Below are positions 24,242-37,323 of a stretch of DNA of 64,000 bases, in pieces. A program made the translations under genes and the position numbers. The stretch covers positions 6,033,245 to 6,097,244 of the forward strand of contig MU058824.1 of the NCBI GenBank assembly GCA_013265495.1, written 5' to 3'. The DNA comes from Vicugna vicugna. Lineage: Eukaryota. The notes under the pieces were generated by a model that had not been told where the DNA came from, searched no databases, and saw only the letters and a program-made list of their open reading frames with translations. Every line of letters starts with the position of its first letter. Position 1 is the first letter of the stretch.

Positions 24242-24445
24242 CAGAATTTTCAACCTGGTCCCATATTATAATCATCTGAAAAGAAATTTTAAATACTGAT
24301 GCTTGGGCCCCATCTAATAATTCTGATGCTTGGGCCCCATCCAATAATTCTGGTTCAATGGTCTGTGTGGGGTCAGAGGTCAGTATATTTAAAATGCTCT
24401 CCAGGTGATTCTATTTATTGTGTAGCCAGGATTGAGAACCTCTTC
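24242..24445. mobile_element. MER5-family MITE with internal 27-bp tandem duplication
   Basis: aatactgatgcttgggcccc...ctccaggtgattct...gccaggattgagaacc. Confidence 0.8.
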
Positions 24446-24653
24446 TCTGAAGTGTGTTCCCATAGCAGTAGTGTGATGATACGGAGTTCGCCATTCCAGT
24501 GGGCTGTGAGTATCTTAATGGTAGAAGCTTTGTCAGTTTGTCTTGTTCATCTTCTTGTCTCAGGTTCTTAGATTGGTATATAATATGTATTCTTTAAATA
24601 TGTGTTGAATGAAAAGGATCCATTCAAGTAATGTTACTCTGGGGAACAGCTCA

Positions 24654-25195
24654 TGTGGTAGTTTTAAAAATATATCCAAACATTCTCTACTACTCCTCCC
24701 TTTAAGAAGTGTAGCTTAATTCTCCTCCCCTTGAGGATGAGTTGGACTTTGTAACTTATTTCTAATGAATAGAATATGGTAGAAGTTATGATATGTCACT
24801 TCCGAGATTAGGTTATAAAATACTGCTGCTTCCACCTTGGGTGCTTGTGTGTGCTCGCTCTCTTTCTCTTGCTCTGTCTCAGATCACTCACTCTAGGGGA
24901 AGTCATGTGGTGGGTAGCCTTATGAGAGGCCCACATGGTAAAGAACTGAAGCCTTTTGCCAACAGCCATGTGAATGAGCTCAGAATTGGATCTGTCAGCC
25001 CCAGTCAAGTCTTCAGAGACTACGGCCCTGGCCGACAGCTTAACTGCAACCTCACTAAAGGCCCTGAGCCAGAAGCCCAGCTAAACAACTCCCACTTTCC
25101 TGACCATCAGAAAACGTGTGAGATCATAGATGCTTTTTGTGTTAAGCTGCTAAATTTTGGAATAATTTACTATGCAAAAATAAAAAATAAATACA
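24654..25195 (+). mobile_element. MLT1F-like MaLR solo LTR
   Basis: TG...CA ends (tgtggtagtttt...aataca); gagaggcccacatgg...gaactgaagcc core; near-TSD gctca/gctct. Confidence 0.85.
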
Positions 25196-25707
25196 GCTCT
25201 TCACCAGAACATACCAAGCCAAGAATCTCTGGACTATGTAAATTAGATGGTAATCCAGTTTCATTCTGGGAACAAGATGATACAACCTCAATCCACAAAT
25301 CTTTCCAGAAAAAAAAAGTAAGACTAAAGTGGGTATTTGTAAAAATATCATACCGGAGGAAAGTTTCCATAAACAAGCTCACCTATCACATCACATTTTT
25401 CATCTTCAGGGGAGTCCATACTACAGCCCTGTCAAGTTAGCCCAATTCCATCTGGGCTGTAGTTCTGAGTCTTCCCTGACAAAGAGAGTTCCTACAGGCT
25501 ACTGTATCTTCACCACAGCCTGTTCAGTGAGGGGAGTTCTACTGCTGCTCCTTAGGATCACACGCTGTAAGTAGAGTACTCGCTTATTATTTAAATCTCG
25601 GTGAAAAGAAAAAACTTCTTTCAACTAGGAAAACTTTTAAAGATCTAGATTGCCTGTTTTGGGTGGCAGTTCTTTTTTTCTACATAGAGGTAAGTAGTCT
25701 AAGAAAA

Positions 25708-25880
25708 TGTCTTAGATCAAGTCTCCTTGAACAAGGTCCTGAGCCTGCAGCTGATTTATCAAGGAGGTACTGATAGGAGAAGGCAGTAAGGCAGTGGGAA
25801 AAGCGGGACAGGGCAGAGGAAGAAGCTAAACAAGGCTGAGGTTTCCTTTCGGAGTCTGACACACCCTGATCCTGGAGGAA
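25708..25880 (-). mobile_element. LTR33-like (ERVL) fragment
   Basis: tgtcttag...tgatttatcaagga...gcgggacagggcagaggaagaagctaaacaagg. Confidence 0.55.
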
Positions 25881-26059
25881 ATGTCCTAAAGACCAAGGAG
25901 GAGCCAGCGCTCAAGGGCAATCTGGTGCCAACAGTTAGCGGCAAACCCTGGAAAAGCTGGGGGATGAGTACACAGAGTGACTCAAGGCGATCTGGATGGA
26001 GCTCCAAAAGAGTTTTCTATAGAAACGAATTGGACACTAGCAGCACCCTTCTTTCTATG

Positions 26060-26183
26060 TAGGATTGGCAGAACTGGCAATAAAAACAGGGGATGCCTGG
26101 TTAAATTTGAATTTCAGATCAACAATAAATAATTTTTTAGTATAAGCATGTCCCATGCATCCCATATTTTCTTTAGAGCCCTA
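26060..26183. mobile_element. MER53-like hAT MITE (about one arm)
   Basis: ggttaaatttgaatttcagat.aacaa...aattttttagtataag.atgtccc. Confidence 0.65.
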
Positions 26184-26349
26184 TCTTTAGGGCTTTCTTC
26201 ATTTTTTCTCCAAATGAAAAAGATTTCAGTAGTCTGGAAGGTATTTCTTTGGTCGGCAGGCACCCCGTAATACCAATTCATCCATTTGAAACCATACTCT
26301 TCTTGTGTTTATACAACGCCAAATATCAGACATAAAACAGGAGACATCC

Positions 26350-26490
26350 AATATTCCATTCATCCATCCATCCTCTGACCTAGCCATTCCATAAACATTT
26401 ACTACCTACCAGGCACAGTGCTGCATGCTGGGAATACAATCGTGAGCGAAGGACTCTATGTCTGTCCTAACAGGGCTAATGATTTCTAGT
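26350..26490 (-). mobile_element. L2 3' end
   Basis: cattcatccatcc...aaacatttact...ccaggcacagtgct...gctgggaataca. Confidence 0.7.
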
Positions 26491-29400
26491 ATCTAACTAC
26501 ATGACCACATTTTAAATTTCCATAGATGCTTGGTATCCTACAAACATATTCTGGACCTAAAAGGAAACACTGCTCATGTGGCCCACATTATTTTTCTTGA
26601 AATGCTCACTTGCATTCATTTAGAAGTGATGGGTAGAGGAGGGTATCACTGTTTACATATTCAACTCGTTTGATTCTATGTGTCATTTGATGGATACAGC
26701 TTAGTCTAATTTTACTGGTTAAAGAGGTAAAGAAGTTAAATCCCAGACATGTGCTAGAAAGAACTCTCTAAGCGTAATTTGTTTGTTTTGGGGGAATAGA
26801 TGCCTTAAGAGCATGCCACAACTGTATTATATTTTAACAATATAATAAATAACTTGCTCAGAGAACAACAGTGTTGTCAAAGGCAGTTTTTAACTAAAAT
26901 AGTCAAGAAAAATCACAGGTGTTTCCAAAGTATTACACTCTATAATTTTATATCATGAATAAATATATACCATCACCACCACCACCCCAATGTGTTTTTA
27001 AACGGTTCTCCTGGTATCCCAGTGTGTACAATTTTTACTTTTAGTTAGAATCAATAGCACAAATTTCCTCAGAGATAATAGGCTTTTGTTATGTTGCCAA
27101 TTTGAGTCCTCAATTCCCTAATTTCTTTCAAAAGTACAATATTGTTTAACCTGCTATTGTGGAAGGACTCTGCATCTACTGCAGGCCTAATTAGCAACAA
27201 CTGGGAAAAATTATTATTTTTAAGTACCTTTGCAAAACAAATCACAAAATACAGATGAACTTTGCTGGTCCCTTTACTTCAGTTAATACGAAAATTGCTG
27301 CAGTGTTATTTACCTTCTTTTCCAGGATTTGAAAGAAAAAAAATCAGAGAAATAAACAACAACTGAGTCAACATCAGCAGAAAATAATGACAAATATCTA
27401 CATAAGAAAACCTATGTGAGATTTTTAAAATGTAATCCTCCTGTTTCTGCGTGCTATTTCTAAACATCATTTTTGTCTCTCAGAATATTTAAGGAGACAA
27501 AGTTTGGTAAAAAGGTAAAAACAATGTTATCCCAAAGAACTGGAAGTGCTCTTGTGGAATATGGATTCTGACAAAAATTTAGCAAAGGTTTCTCTAGATA
27601 ACATTTGTCAAAGTATAAGCAAAACTGAAAATGTCATTCAGTCAGGTTCCTGATTAGTGACCTAGGACCAGTGCCTCCAGGTCCCATCTATTTGCTCCCT
27701 TGCAGTGAAACAGAGAATTCTATAGTCCCTGGATGGCCAGTCTAATGGGAGCCAGCACTATGTAGAATTCCAAGGAAATTATCTAAAATGAATATCCTTG
27801 ATCAATCAGTAAATAATTCTAAGATACTACCCAGAAAATTGTATAATATCCCAAAATGTATTCCAGGGGATACTAGTTCCAAGGACTATAATTTTACATT
27901 ACATGGGGTATTACATGGGGAAGGGGGGAAGATCCCAAGATCAAATATTTTGAAACACTTGGGAAAAAAAGGATTTTTCCCCTACAGATTAAGGGTCTTT
28001 TAATGTGCTAATATGTACTGTGACCCTCCAAAAGTGTGCACTTTGCATTTTCCTAATCTTCTTTTAAGCCCAGAGCCTTTTCCCTATGTACTATCTAAGG
28101 TAATCACTATTGTTTGGAAAGCACTCATCTCTGTGCTCCTCCATCTACCCACCATGAAAATCTGAATTTTAAACAAAGGGTCCAAACCTAAACCAAAGGA
28201 GTGCAATGCTGAAGAGTGAATTTCACTAGGTAGACAAACAATAGTTGGGGAAGATTTTGATGAGTTATTGCAACCGCACGGGGCTTCTAGTGACACATCC
28301 ACAACCAAGAATCAAGGACAGTTCTGCTGGCATGTATAGAGAAAAACAGGATTTCTTAGCCTGAGCTTTTGGAAGTAAAAGCTGCATTTCAGAGTTTGCC
28401 CTTATCTTCAAATTATACTTTTTTCAAATTGTAAGGAATCACCTTTAATTTATTTTCTCCTAGGACTGAGACTTAATCTTCTAGGAACAAAGGGAAAAGC
28501 TGTTAAGCTATCATATGTAAATATACTCTTCAGAAGGAGACTAGCTTTTCTGCTACAACAGCCACATGGTAAGACTCAAAATTTGCAAAGTGCTCACTGC
28601 ATTGAAGCATATGCAAATAAGTATTCCCGTGAGGTCAAGCCAATCCATTTCCTTCTCCCAAAAGTGTCCTATGGAATAGGTCACTTCATTTTTATACCCT
28701 CAGTATAATATCTTGTTACTCACACAGTACATTAGACAAACTTGTTACATGAAATATTCATTTCCAAGGAGTAAGCTGTTTCTTATGCAGGCAACAAAAC
28801 AGCATTTGTAAACTCAGTTTTGAAAAGATAATAATAAATCAGATATATTCACTAATTGCTGCTTATTGGTGGAAGGGGGAATATCCTCTCAACTAATATG
28901 TGTTCAGTTTTCTCTTTCCTTTTTTTAAAGTTTATTATTTATCTACCAGGTCTCTGTGGTTCTTTTCTTACTGAGGAGAGGAAAGAGTGCTGTCACTTTC
29001 AAAACAGTCTGCTGCTGACACATTAGAAGGGGATTTAATTATTCTGGCATAAAAAGCTAGGGAAAGCAAAATAAATACATTTAATACAGACAGATTCTCA
29101 GCTACTCTAATTGCTTATGTGCTACAAGGGCTTTCAAATAGTAAGTCCTTAAATAATAAATTGATACAGAAAAGAATAATGATACCCAGGTGTGAAATGT
29201 TAATCTGAAAGCTGGGCCACATACTCAATGGCATAATTGCCTCTATTACCACATTCTGGCCTAATATAAGGGTTTGAGTCATGGAAACCGGATGGAAATG
29301 AAAGACGAACTATGTTCAAATCAGAGGATCATACAATAGAGACCAGGTATCTAAATAGCTACTTGAAGTGTAAAAGCAAGCTTCAGATTTATATGAGACA

Positions 29401-29839
29401 TTCCATTTAAACATGTGCCACACTAGGTCTAAGTTATAAAAGCAGAGTTAAGAAAATTCTCCATTAAGAACTTCAATGTTCTTACCCAAAAATCCTCACA
29501 GAAGGAACTTCTTTAATTTCCAGATAATACCTCAAGCTACTCCATCATGAGTAGCTTCTGTTGTTTAAAAAAGATCTTCCTCTGTGCTACTCAAATTCTC
29601 TACCAGGTCAGTTACTCACTACACGCTTCTGAATTTACCCATTTTGTGTTTATCTACTATTTTGTATATTCATACAGTAATTTACCTGAATGAATAAGAC
29701 ATGACCTATGCTAGATAATGGTATTTTTGGAGTTCACATTTAACTCCAAAAGAACACACTTTTTGAAAAACAGATTGAGTCTAGTGCCAACATCTTTTGG
29801 ATGTGTTCTTAATTTTTCTTTTCATTATCAGGATTAAAG

Positions 29840-30104
29840 AATACGATACCTCACTAGTCCACAATTCTGAAATACAAAATGTTCTGAAACTTGAAAGTTG
29901 CTTCATAATTTGACAGCAAATCCTATTCTTACATTTCACTGAAGAAATATTAATGTATTTGATTACATGATTTTGGCCCAATTCCTCTGTGGATGTTACA
30001 AAATATATGGTATGTATACTATTCTGCCTTTCTAAAAATCTGAAAAAATTTTAACTATGGTATAAAACTTACCTAAGAATGTCAGAAGAGAGATAGCAAT
30101 CCTG
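29840..30104. mobile_element. MER46C-like Tigger MITE
   Basis: gaaatattaatgtatttgattac; cctttctaaaaatctgaaaaaatt. Confidence 0.7.
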
Positions 30105-30226
30105 CTCATATATAAGTGACTGAATTGCAATTTGACTAACCTACCAACACATATAAATGACTGAAAAGTGTGGCAACTCATGCATTATAAGCAAGGTTGC
30201 TAGTGTTGCTATAACCATTTCCCCTG

Positions 30227-30702
30227 TGTGAACGAAAATTACTGCCAACTGTATCAGTAAACAAAGAATGCTGAAACCATCAAGTCATTAGCAGCTGCCG
30301 CCACCCCCCAGTAAAGACAAGCCTGCAGCCCAGCCTCTGCAGCCACTCACAATGGTGCACTCTGAGCAGACTCAGAATAATAAAGGACAAGATATTGGCC
30401 CTAGATAGCTAGGTGCTTCTCAAAGGAATGAATTCAATGAGCCCAAATGTTTGCTTCCTCCCATACATAGAAAAGCGCTAAATTCTTTGACTTGAGATGC
30501 CTGGTTTTCTTTAGATAACAAGTAATCTTTTATTGTTCCAACTACCTAGTCTTTGTTGCAAAGCTCCTATATATCCTAGCTCCTCCTTTACCTCTTTGGA
30601 GCAGTCCCTCAGAGTGATCTGAGGCTGTCATCCCAGCTCGAGTCCTCCCGTCAAATAAAACATAACTCTCAACTTTTAGGCGCGCATTTATTTCAGTCGA
30701 CA
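30227..30702 (+). mobile_element. ERV1-class solo LTR (476 bp)
   Basis: TG...CA termini; perfect 4-bp TSD CCTG (30223-30226 and 30703-30706); TATA-like ctatatat at ~30567; AATAAA at ~30654. Confidence 0.85.
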
Positions 30703-32399
30703 CCTGTGATATATAACATGTGATCTACATCTTATAGCTTGGGGTCTCTGATATCACTGATAGATCATTTCAATCCAGTAGATCACTCCATTACAAGGTA
30801 ATAGTAACAAATCTGAGCCTAGCATTCTTCCATCATTTAATTGCAGATTTTTCAAAAAAGTAAGACTTTCATGAATTTCACTGTTGAGTATTTCTGATAG
30901 CCTCCCAGAAAAAGAATCCTCTACTATGTATATAGGTATATTTTGCATTAAAAATAACTAAATACAAGAAATTCTAGACAATTGCCTACGGTATAGACCT
31001 AGAGTCAAATTTTTTTAAATTTTTACCTTAAATTCAACTAATAGTTGAATTTTTAATCTTGAACATGTATAACATTTATAATTAAAAACTACTTCTATTT
31101 AAAATTTTAAATTAAAAAAATAATAGCACTGTATTATTTCACCTTCTTTTACTATCTAGACATAGATATTATGCTCAGTCAAAATGTAGGGGACTTTTTC
31201 AGACATGTTTGATTAACACTGACTCTTTCTTTTCTGTTTCTCTTATTCGCACTACATTTGAAGTTCCTTTTGTTTCAAACCTGTATGATTTCCTTTGCAG
31301 CCCCTGCACAGTGTGCAACAGAAACCCTCTAGAACCACAAACAGAAGAAAAGCATCCTTCCCCATATCACTCAAATTCTGTTTTAATATAATCAACCACA
31401 GGATGAAAAGAACAAATGCTTAGTCAGAGACATCTATCATTAATGACCAAAACAAAGTCATAGCACATTTTCAGAGCCATTTCAAAACATGTCGAGATAA
31501 AATTTAACTACTACAAGTATCCTGCTCTACCCCTCTTTAGCACTCCAGAGTGTAAATTTGAGAATTATCTCCATGATGCATGCCAGTGTTAAATACAGTG
31601 ATACAGCACACAAGAAGAGTTTTCCTTCCTAGCCTCAGCTCCAAAAGTAAGAACGCAGATTCTCTATGTGGATTTATGTCAGTCTGGACTGGAGAATATG
31701 GGCGAACGTTCTGCACAACCTGAAATTCTATCTTTATTTTTCACAGAAATGTATCGAAAACATAATTAAATTTTGTTACATTTTTCTATCTCTGTGTGCA
31801 TTATAATATAGTATGTAAGGCTGTAGGTAATGAACCCAGATTCTTTGATTTAATTTGCCTAAATTATAGACAATTCCTAACGTGACAGATATCAGAATTA
31901 TTCAGGGGTTTTTTTTTTGACCATGTACTATTAAGAAGCAATCTGTATTCTCCCCAAAAGTTCATAAAGAACCCCATCTTCTTTTCACTACTGTCTCATA
32001 TGATATAATTCTTCATAGATTTTTTTCATTTGTTCAGTCTAATCTTTAAGTGAATTTTCCTGGGATGACCTCTTCGGGACAAGATGCCACTATATATGGA
32101 TGTCTAAAACAAGGCTCTTTTCCATAAGAGGCTTAAAATTTAGTTAAAGTTACATTATAAATCTCCCAGTGTAACTACAAGCTATGTATATATGCAACGA
32201 CACTTTAAAGAAAATATGCATGTCCGTGCTAAAACATCAACTTTAAAAATGCCCTCACTGTGACACAATGTTCCTACTTGGAAGCTTCCAGCTGACTATT
32301 CTTATATTCTACATGAGCCACTCTTTTATTCTTAGATTCATTTAATTTACCTATCACAGAATGATAGCCCCTTGGAACATATGGGATGCTCGTAACCAA

Positions 32400-33455
32400 A
32401 AGCAGGAATGCCAGCAAGAAAGGAACTGAACTCAGCTATCTCTGCTCTCTCTGCCTTGTCCAACCTTCTCCATGTCTGTGGCTGATACCACCATTCATCC
32501 AACTGTGCACCCCAGAAACATACCAGTTATCTTTGGTGTGTTTTCCTTCTGACACTTCCACCAGGCTTTTGTGGATTTCGCTTCCTACATGTTCCTCAAT
32601 AACACCACTCATTGTTCTCTTTTTCCACTTCTTAGTCTAAGCTATCCTCCTTGGAATAAGAGTTCCCCAAAAGAACTCCCCAAATTCTCTTTCCAACCCT
32701 TTCTGAATAATGTAACAAGATTGCCTTTAAAAATAATTATAAAAGTATAAAAGTAACACATGGCCAAGGTAAGATCTTCAAAATTCCAAAAGTAGAGAGC
32801 ATATGGTAAAAGATTAAAGTTTTGATTCTTCAACCCCAAGCCCCCAAAACCAGAAGTAATGATCACTTACCATTTCTCACAGGTTGTGAGAAAACCTTAG
32901 TGTGACTACAGGCATTTTAATGTTGGATGGGAGCTCAGGTGGCCTAAGAAAGGAAAGGATTCACATCCAATGAAGCATCAAGCAATTAAAAAGTAATTCT
33001 AATTGTGTTTGCATCTTTAGGTGAACATGGAAGACTATCAAATCTTAGATAACCACATAACACTATTTAAAAATCCCTTTGTTTCTCTGCTCTCATTATC
33101 TTGTATCCCCACACGTGTCCAGAGCCTCACTCTCTTGAGATTTTCAGATCTGAATTTTCTTGCCTTTTCATTCAAATCTCAGATACAATAGCCTTGGAAG
33201 ACCCCACTGACCCCCAGAGCAGGTCAGATCTACCACTATGCAAGCTCACAGCTCTCTGAGCTCCTCTTTCATGGTACTTATCATCATTATCATCAAATAA
33301 TTAATTCCATAGTTGGTTAGTTGGTTGATGTCTGATTACTCTAAGATTTCATAAATGCAGGGGCCATAATATCTCTCTTTTTGCTTCACCAGTACCTAGC
33401 ACTGGACCAAGAGAGTTGGAAAGTCTCAAAATATGTTAAATGATGAATGAATGAT
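32400..33455 (+). mobile_element. Fragmented L2 3' region
   Basis: accaccattcatccaactg...ccagaaac; cagtacctagcac...tgttaaatgatgaatgaatga tail. Confidence 0.6.
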
Positions 33456-34069
33456 CAAAATACTGGTTGACCAAGAGAAAAGACATTTTAAACAGTAACC
33501 CCCCAAATTATAACACTGTTTCTATAAGAGGGAAATTTTAGGTTTTCAAAAACTTACACATTCACTTTTAAAAAGTAAGTTGTTTGTAACTTGCCTGTAT
33601 TTCATTTTAACATTAAAAAAAAAACAACTATGCCAGGTAAGTAGGGTTTAAAAAAAATTCTTATTCTTTGTATAACAAAACCAAAACCAAAAAAAGAATT
33701 AAATAACCTCTAAGATGAAAGAACTCTTTGGTGAGAAAGCCAAATTGGGAGGTGGGGCTCTAGTGGCAGAGGGATAAGGAGAAGGGAATTAGTGGGAGGC
33801 AGAGGGAAAGGAAATTCTATCAATTCAGCAGAAAACACAATCAACACACAACTTCTTTCTAGAGCCAACTCCACTAAAACTTATATCTTGATCCATATTC
33901 ACATATTTATATAGGTAACACAAGGGTGGATGGTAAACAAAGGCAGTTAAACATATATGATTCAACCTCACTAAAAATACTGATTTAAGAAATACAAAAC
34001 AGGAACATATATAGTCATATTCAGATATACCAATGTTGCTGCAAACACTAAATCAATATGTACTTACAT

Positions 34070-34492
34070 GCTGCTTCGTTTACCTATTGCTGCATACCAA
34101 AACACAAGTTGGTAGCTTAAAACAATAATCATTATAACTGCTGACAAATCTGTGGAATAACTGGGGCTCAGCTGGGAGAATCTTCAGCAGGTCATGCTGA
34201 GGTCATTCATGCAGTTCCAGTCAAATAGCAACTAGAGCTGGAACATCCAAAATGACTTTATTTATATGTCTAGTACCTTGGCTGGAACATCTTTACATGT
34301 AAGCTGGATCCCGAGCAAGTGTTCCCAAAGGACAAACCTCATGTAAATGTGTTTATCAAACCTTTGCTTGCATGACACTTACTAATATCAAGTTAGCTAA
34401 CTCCAGAGCCTATGTGGGAGAGGACTATAAAAGACCCTGACTACCAGGAGAAATAGTTCATTCGGAACCACAAACTTGACACTTAAACACAA
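34070..34492 (-). mobile_element. MLT1 (G/H-like) LTR
   Basis: ctattgctgcata...gcttaaaacaa...ggctcagctggg...gctggaacatccaa. Confidence 0.7.
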
Positions 34493-34569
34493 GGTGGTAT
34501 TTACAACAAAGAAAGGACTACATCAATTGTACCAAAGGTCACTCCAAGATTATACATAAGCTCAGAGTT

Positions 34570-35830
34570 CTCTTGACTTCTGGGAGATGACCCCTCCCTG
34601 GTTTCTCTCCCACCTCCCTGTCCAATCATTCCTCATGTCTTGCTGGCTCCTCCTCACCTACTTGACCTTAAAATTGCTGGAGTGCCCCAGCCCAGTCACT
34701 GCACAGCTTCTCCTTCTTATCTCACTCATTCTTTAGATGATCTCATTCAGTTTCAGGACTTTATATACTATCAATACTCTGAATACTTCCAAATGTATCT
34801 CTAGCACTGACCTCCTGACTGAACTCCAGAATTCTGTAGCCTTCTGTATTGGTATCTGTATTGTTACAGTTATCTCAAACTTAATGTGTTAAGAAGTGAC
34901 TTTTTGCTTTACTCATCTCAATGTAATTATCTAGTACCTCACGCAAAACACCCTGCAACTGTCCTTGACTCCTCTCTTTCTCTAACAATTCATATCCAAA
35001 ATATCAGCAAATGTTACTGGATTTCCTTTAAAATGTGCCCCTAATATAGAACTCCTCCTCCATGACCTGGCCAAGCCACCATCACCTGTCACCTAAATTA
35101 CTGTGACAACCTCCTCATTGGTCCACTGCATTCATTCCTGCTCCCCTGCATTCTGGTTTTCTCATAGGAGCTAGAGGGGTATTTTAAAAAGTAAATCTGA
35201 TCATGGCATTGCTAAGCTCAAACCTTCCAATGGCTTCTCAACTCCCTTAGGATGGGGGGAAAATTCTGATGACCTTACCCTAGCTTTCAAGGCCATACAT
35301 GAGCTTCATCCCTTCTACCTCCTAAGCCCATCTTATACCACTCTCCATTTTGTATATTCCACTACAGTTCAAACCACTTTCTTTGCTAATACTCAAACAT
35401 ATCAAAACATATTCCCATCTCAGGGCCTTTGCACTGCAGTTCTTTTGCCCAGAACCCTCCTCCTCCAAAGATCTGCATGGCTCATTCTCTCACCTCATTC
35501 AAGTTTCTGCTTAAATTTCATTTCACTGGAGTTTTTCTATCTACCTTATCCAAAAAAGCAGCTATGTTCAGCCACATCATACACTATAACAAGTCTAACC
35601 ATACCCTCCAGCACATCCATTTATATTCATTCCCTTATCCTAACTTATTTTTCTTCATAAAACATACCAATTCATCATATTAAACTACATATTAATTTGT
35701 ATATTTATTCATTGTATATCTCTCTATCAACACCCCACCAGAATATAAACTCCTTGAACAGGAATATTATTGTGTTTTGTTTATTGTTATAATACCAGCA
35801 CCTAGAAAAGTGCCTTCTTGATAAATGAAT
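34570..35830 (+). mobile_element. L2a-like 3' ~1.25 kb
   Basis: ccctggtttctctcccacctc; ctgaactccaga; ccttgactcctctctttctct; ccttccaatggcttc; tcagggcctttgcact; ccagcacctagaa. Confidence 0.85.
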
Positions 35831-36384
35831 ATACAACTAAGATAAGTTTTTGTCTCCAAGATTTTAAAACATACAAAACCCCAAGAGATCACGGCAGGAA
35901 CATTATCCTACCACTAAGCCTAAATTAAAACAAAAAAGAGGTTATAATGCTTGGGTAATTTGGGCAAATGCACTTTAATTTCCTAGGAATTTAAGAAATA
36001 CAAAAAGCAATATAAGGTAGAGAAAGTAAACTAGACTGAGATTTGGGAAACCTGGGTGAACATCCTGACTAGGATTCAAACATGTTTTATAACCCTTATG
36101 TAATATGGATAGCCTCAAGAAAATCTCCCTTTCTATACAACCTGAGGCCTGCAATACATCCACAAAACGATTTTCATTCTAAAGAAAACTACACAGAATT
36201 AATAGATAATGACTATTGTTTTTAAGCAAAGTATGCCAAGATCTCTGTGTCCCTTCCAAGAAAAAGGCTACCTATAATGCTTACAAATCCCCCATCAAGT
36301 AGCACTTCATCCCTTTAAAAATCTCAGTTGACTGTTCTAAGTTTCTATGAAAGAATATAGAAAAATTCTTCCATCAGTGTCTCA

Positions 36385-36540
36385 AATAAAGAAGGATTAG
36401 GAGGAAAGGAAGGTACAAAGGAGAATGAGGGTTTGGGGAAGAGAAAAGGAAAAGGAAAAGGGGGAAGAGGAGGGGTGAAGAAGTAGGAGAAAGGAGGAGA
36501 AAGTTGAGGAGGGAGAGGAAGAGGAAGAAGACAGGACAAC
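36385..36540. repeat. GA-rich polypurine low-complexity tract
   Basis: Seen directly. Confidence 0.8.
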
Positions 36541-37064
36541 TGATGATGACAGGTAGAAATAGTCTTCTTTGAAACAACTCTATAGACAGTTATTTGCTAG
36601 CCCTGCAGAGGCTGGAACAAAAGCCGTCGGTAGAAACTCTTGCTACCTGCCCTACTGCCAAGCAAGCTCACTCTACACCAGCTTGGGGCTCTGAGATAGT
36701 TTGTTTGAATTAAGAATCCCACCTCCAGGTAAACAGCATAATGATTACATCTAACACTGCAAAGGATGGGTATTAATAGGCTCTATCTCATGGTGTCCTA
36801 CAGCTTACAAATCACTGTTATCAAATAATCAAAGCATGGCCTTGTTCAGAGAGAAGAAAGAGATTCATATTTGGCAGAATAAAGTAAGTTATGATATTGA
36901 GCAAGTGATCACACTTTATAAAACTTAGTTTTCTCATCTGTCAGAAAGGAGGAGAATGGTGGGTGGGGGTGTTCTCTATAATCCCTTATAGCTCCAAAAT
37001 TAGTTGTTCTAATTATTTAGATTATCTTTTTCTTATTGCTAATCTATTTAGTTGCTTAGCTAGA

Positions 37065-37320
37065 GCATAAGTTCTTAAATTATCATTTGTGGAACACTGA
37101 GTTCAGCAAGATTTTAATAGGTTTTCTTCACAAAAAGCATTCCATGGTAAAAAATGAATCTGGGAAACACTGGGTTAGTCATAGCTAAACATGTTTATTT
37201 CTAGAAGGACTTCTCCTCCCTACTAATATGCAAATGTACTTCATGGATATCCAAAGGGAAAAGGCCGCATAGCACATAGTGCTTTCCAATTCTATCATCA
37301 AGCACATTTATCTAGAAACC
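37065..37320. mobile_element. MER103-like hAT-Charlie remnant
   Basis: ttccatggt...tgggaaacactgggtta...ggacttctc...taatatgcaaatgt; a weaker similar relic lies at ~27870-28120. Confidence 0.55.
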
Positions 37321-37323
37321 ATC

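Noticed and set aside
24793..25440. Longest ORF (215 aa)
   Set aside because: Its first two thirds lie in a non-coding MLT1F-like LTR; no recognisable domain; chance read-through
25410..25566. Possible + strand exon (ttcatcttcAG...GCT|GTAAGT)
   Set aside because: 157 nt, unrecognisable peptide, weak exonic donor context; such site pairs arise often by chance
33631..33643. tgccaggtaagta, a 13-nt match to the U1 5' end complement
   Set aside because: Too short, no TSD and no good upstream acceptor; compatible with chance or an isolated donor-like motif
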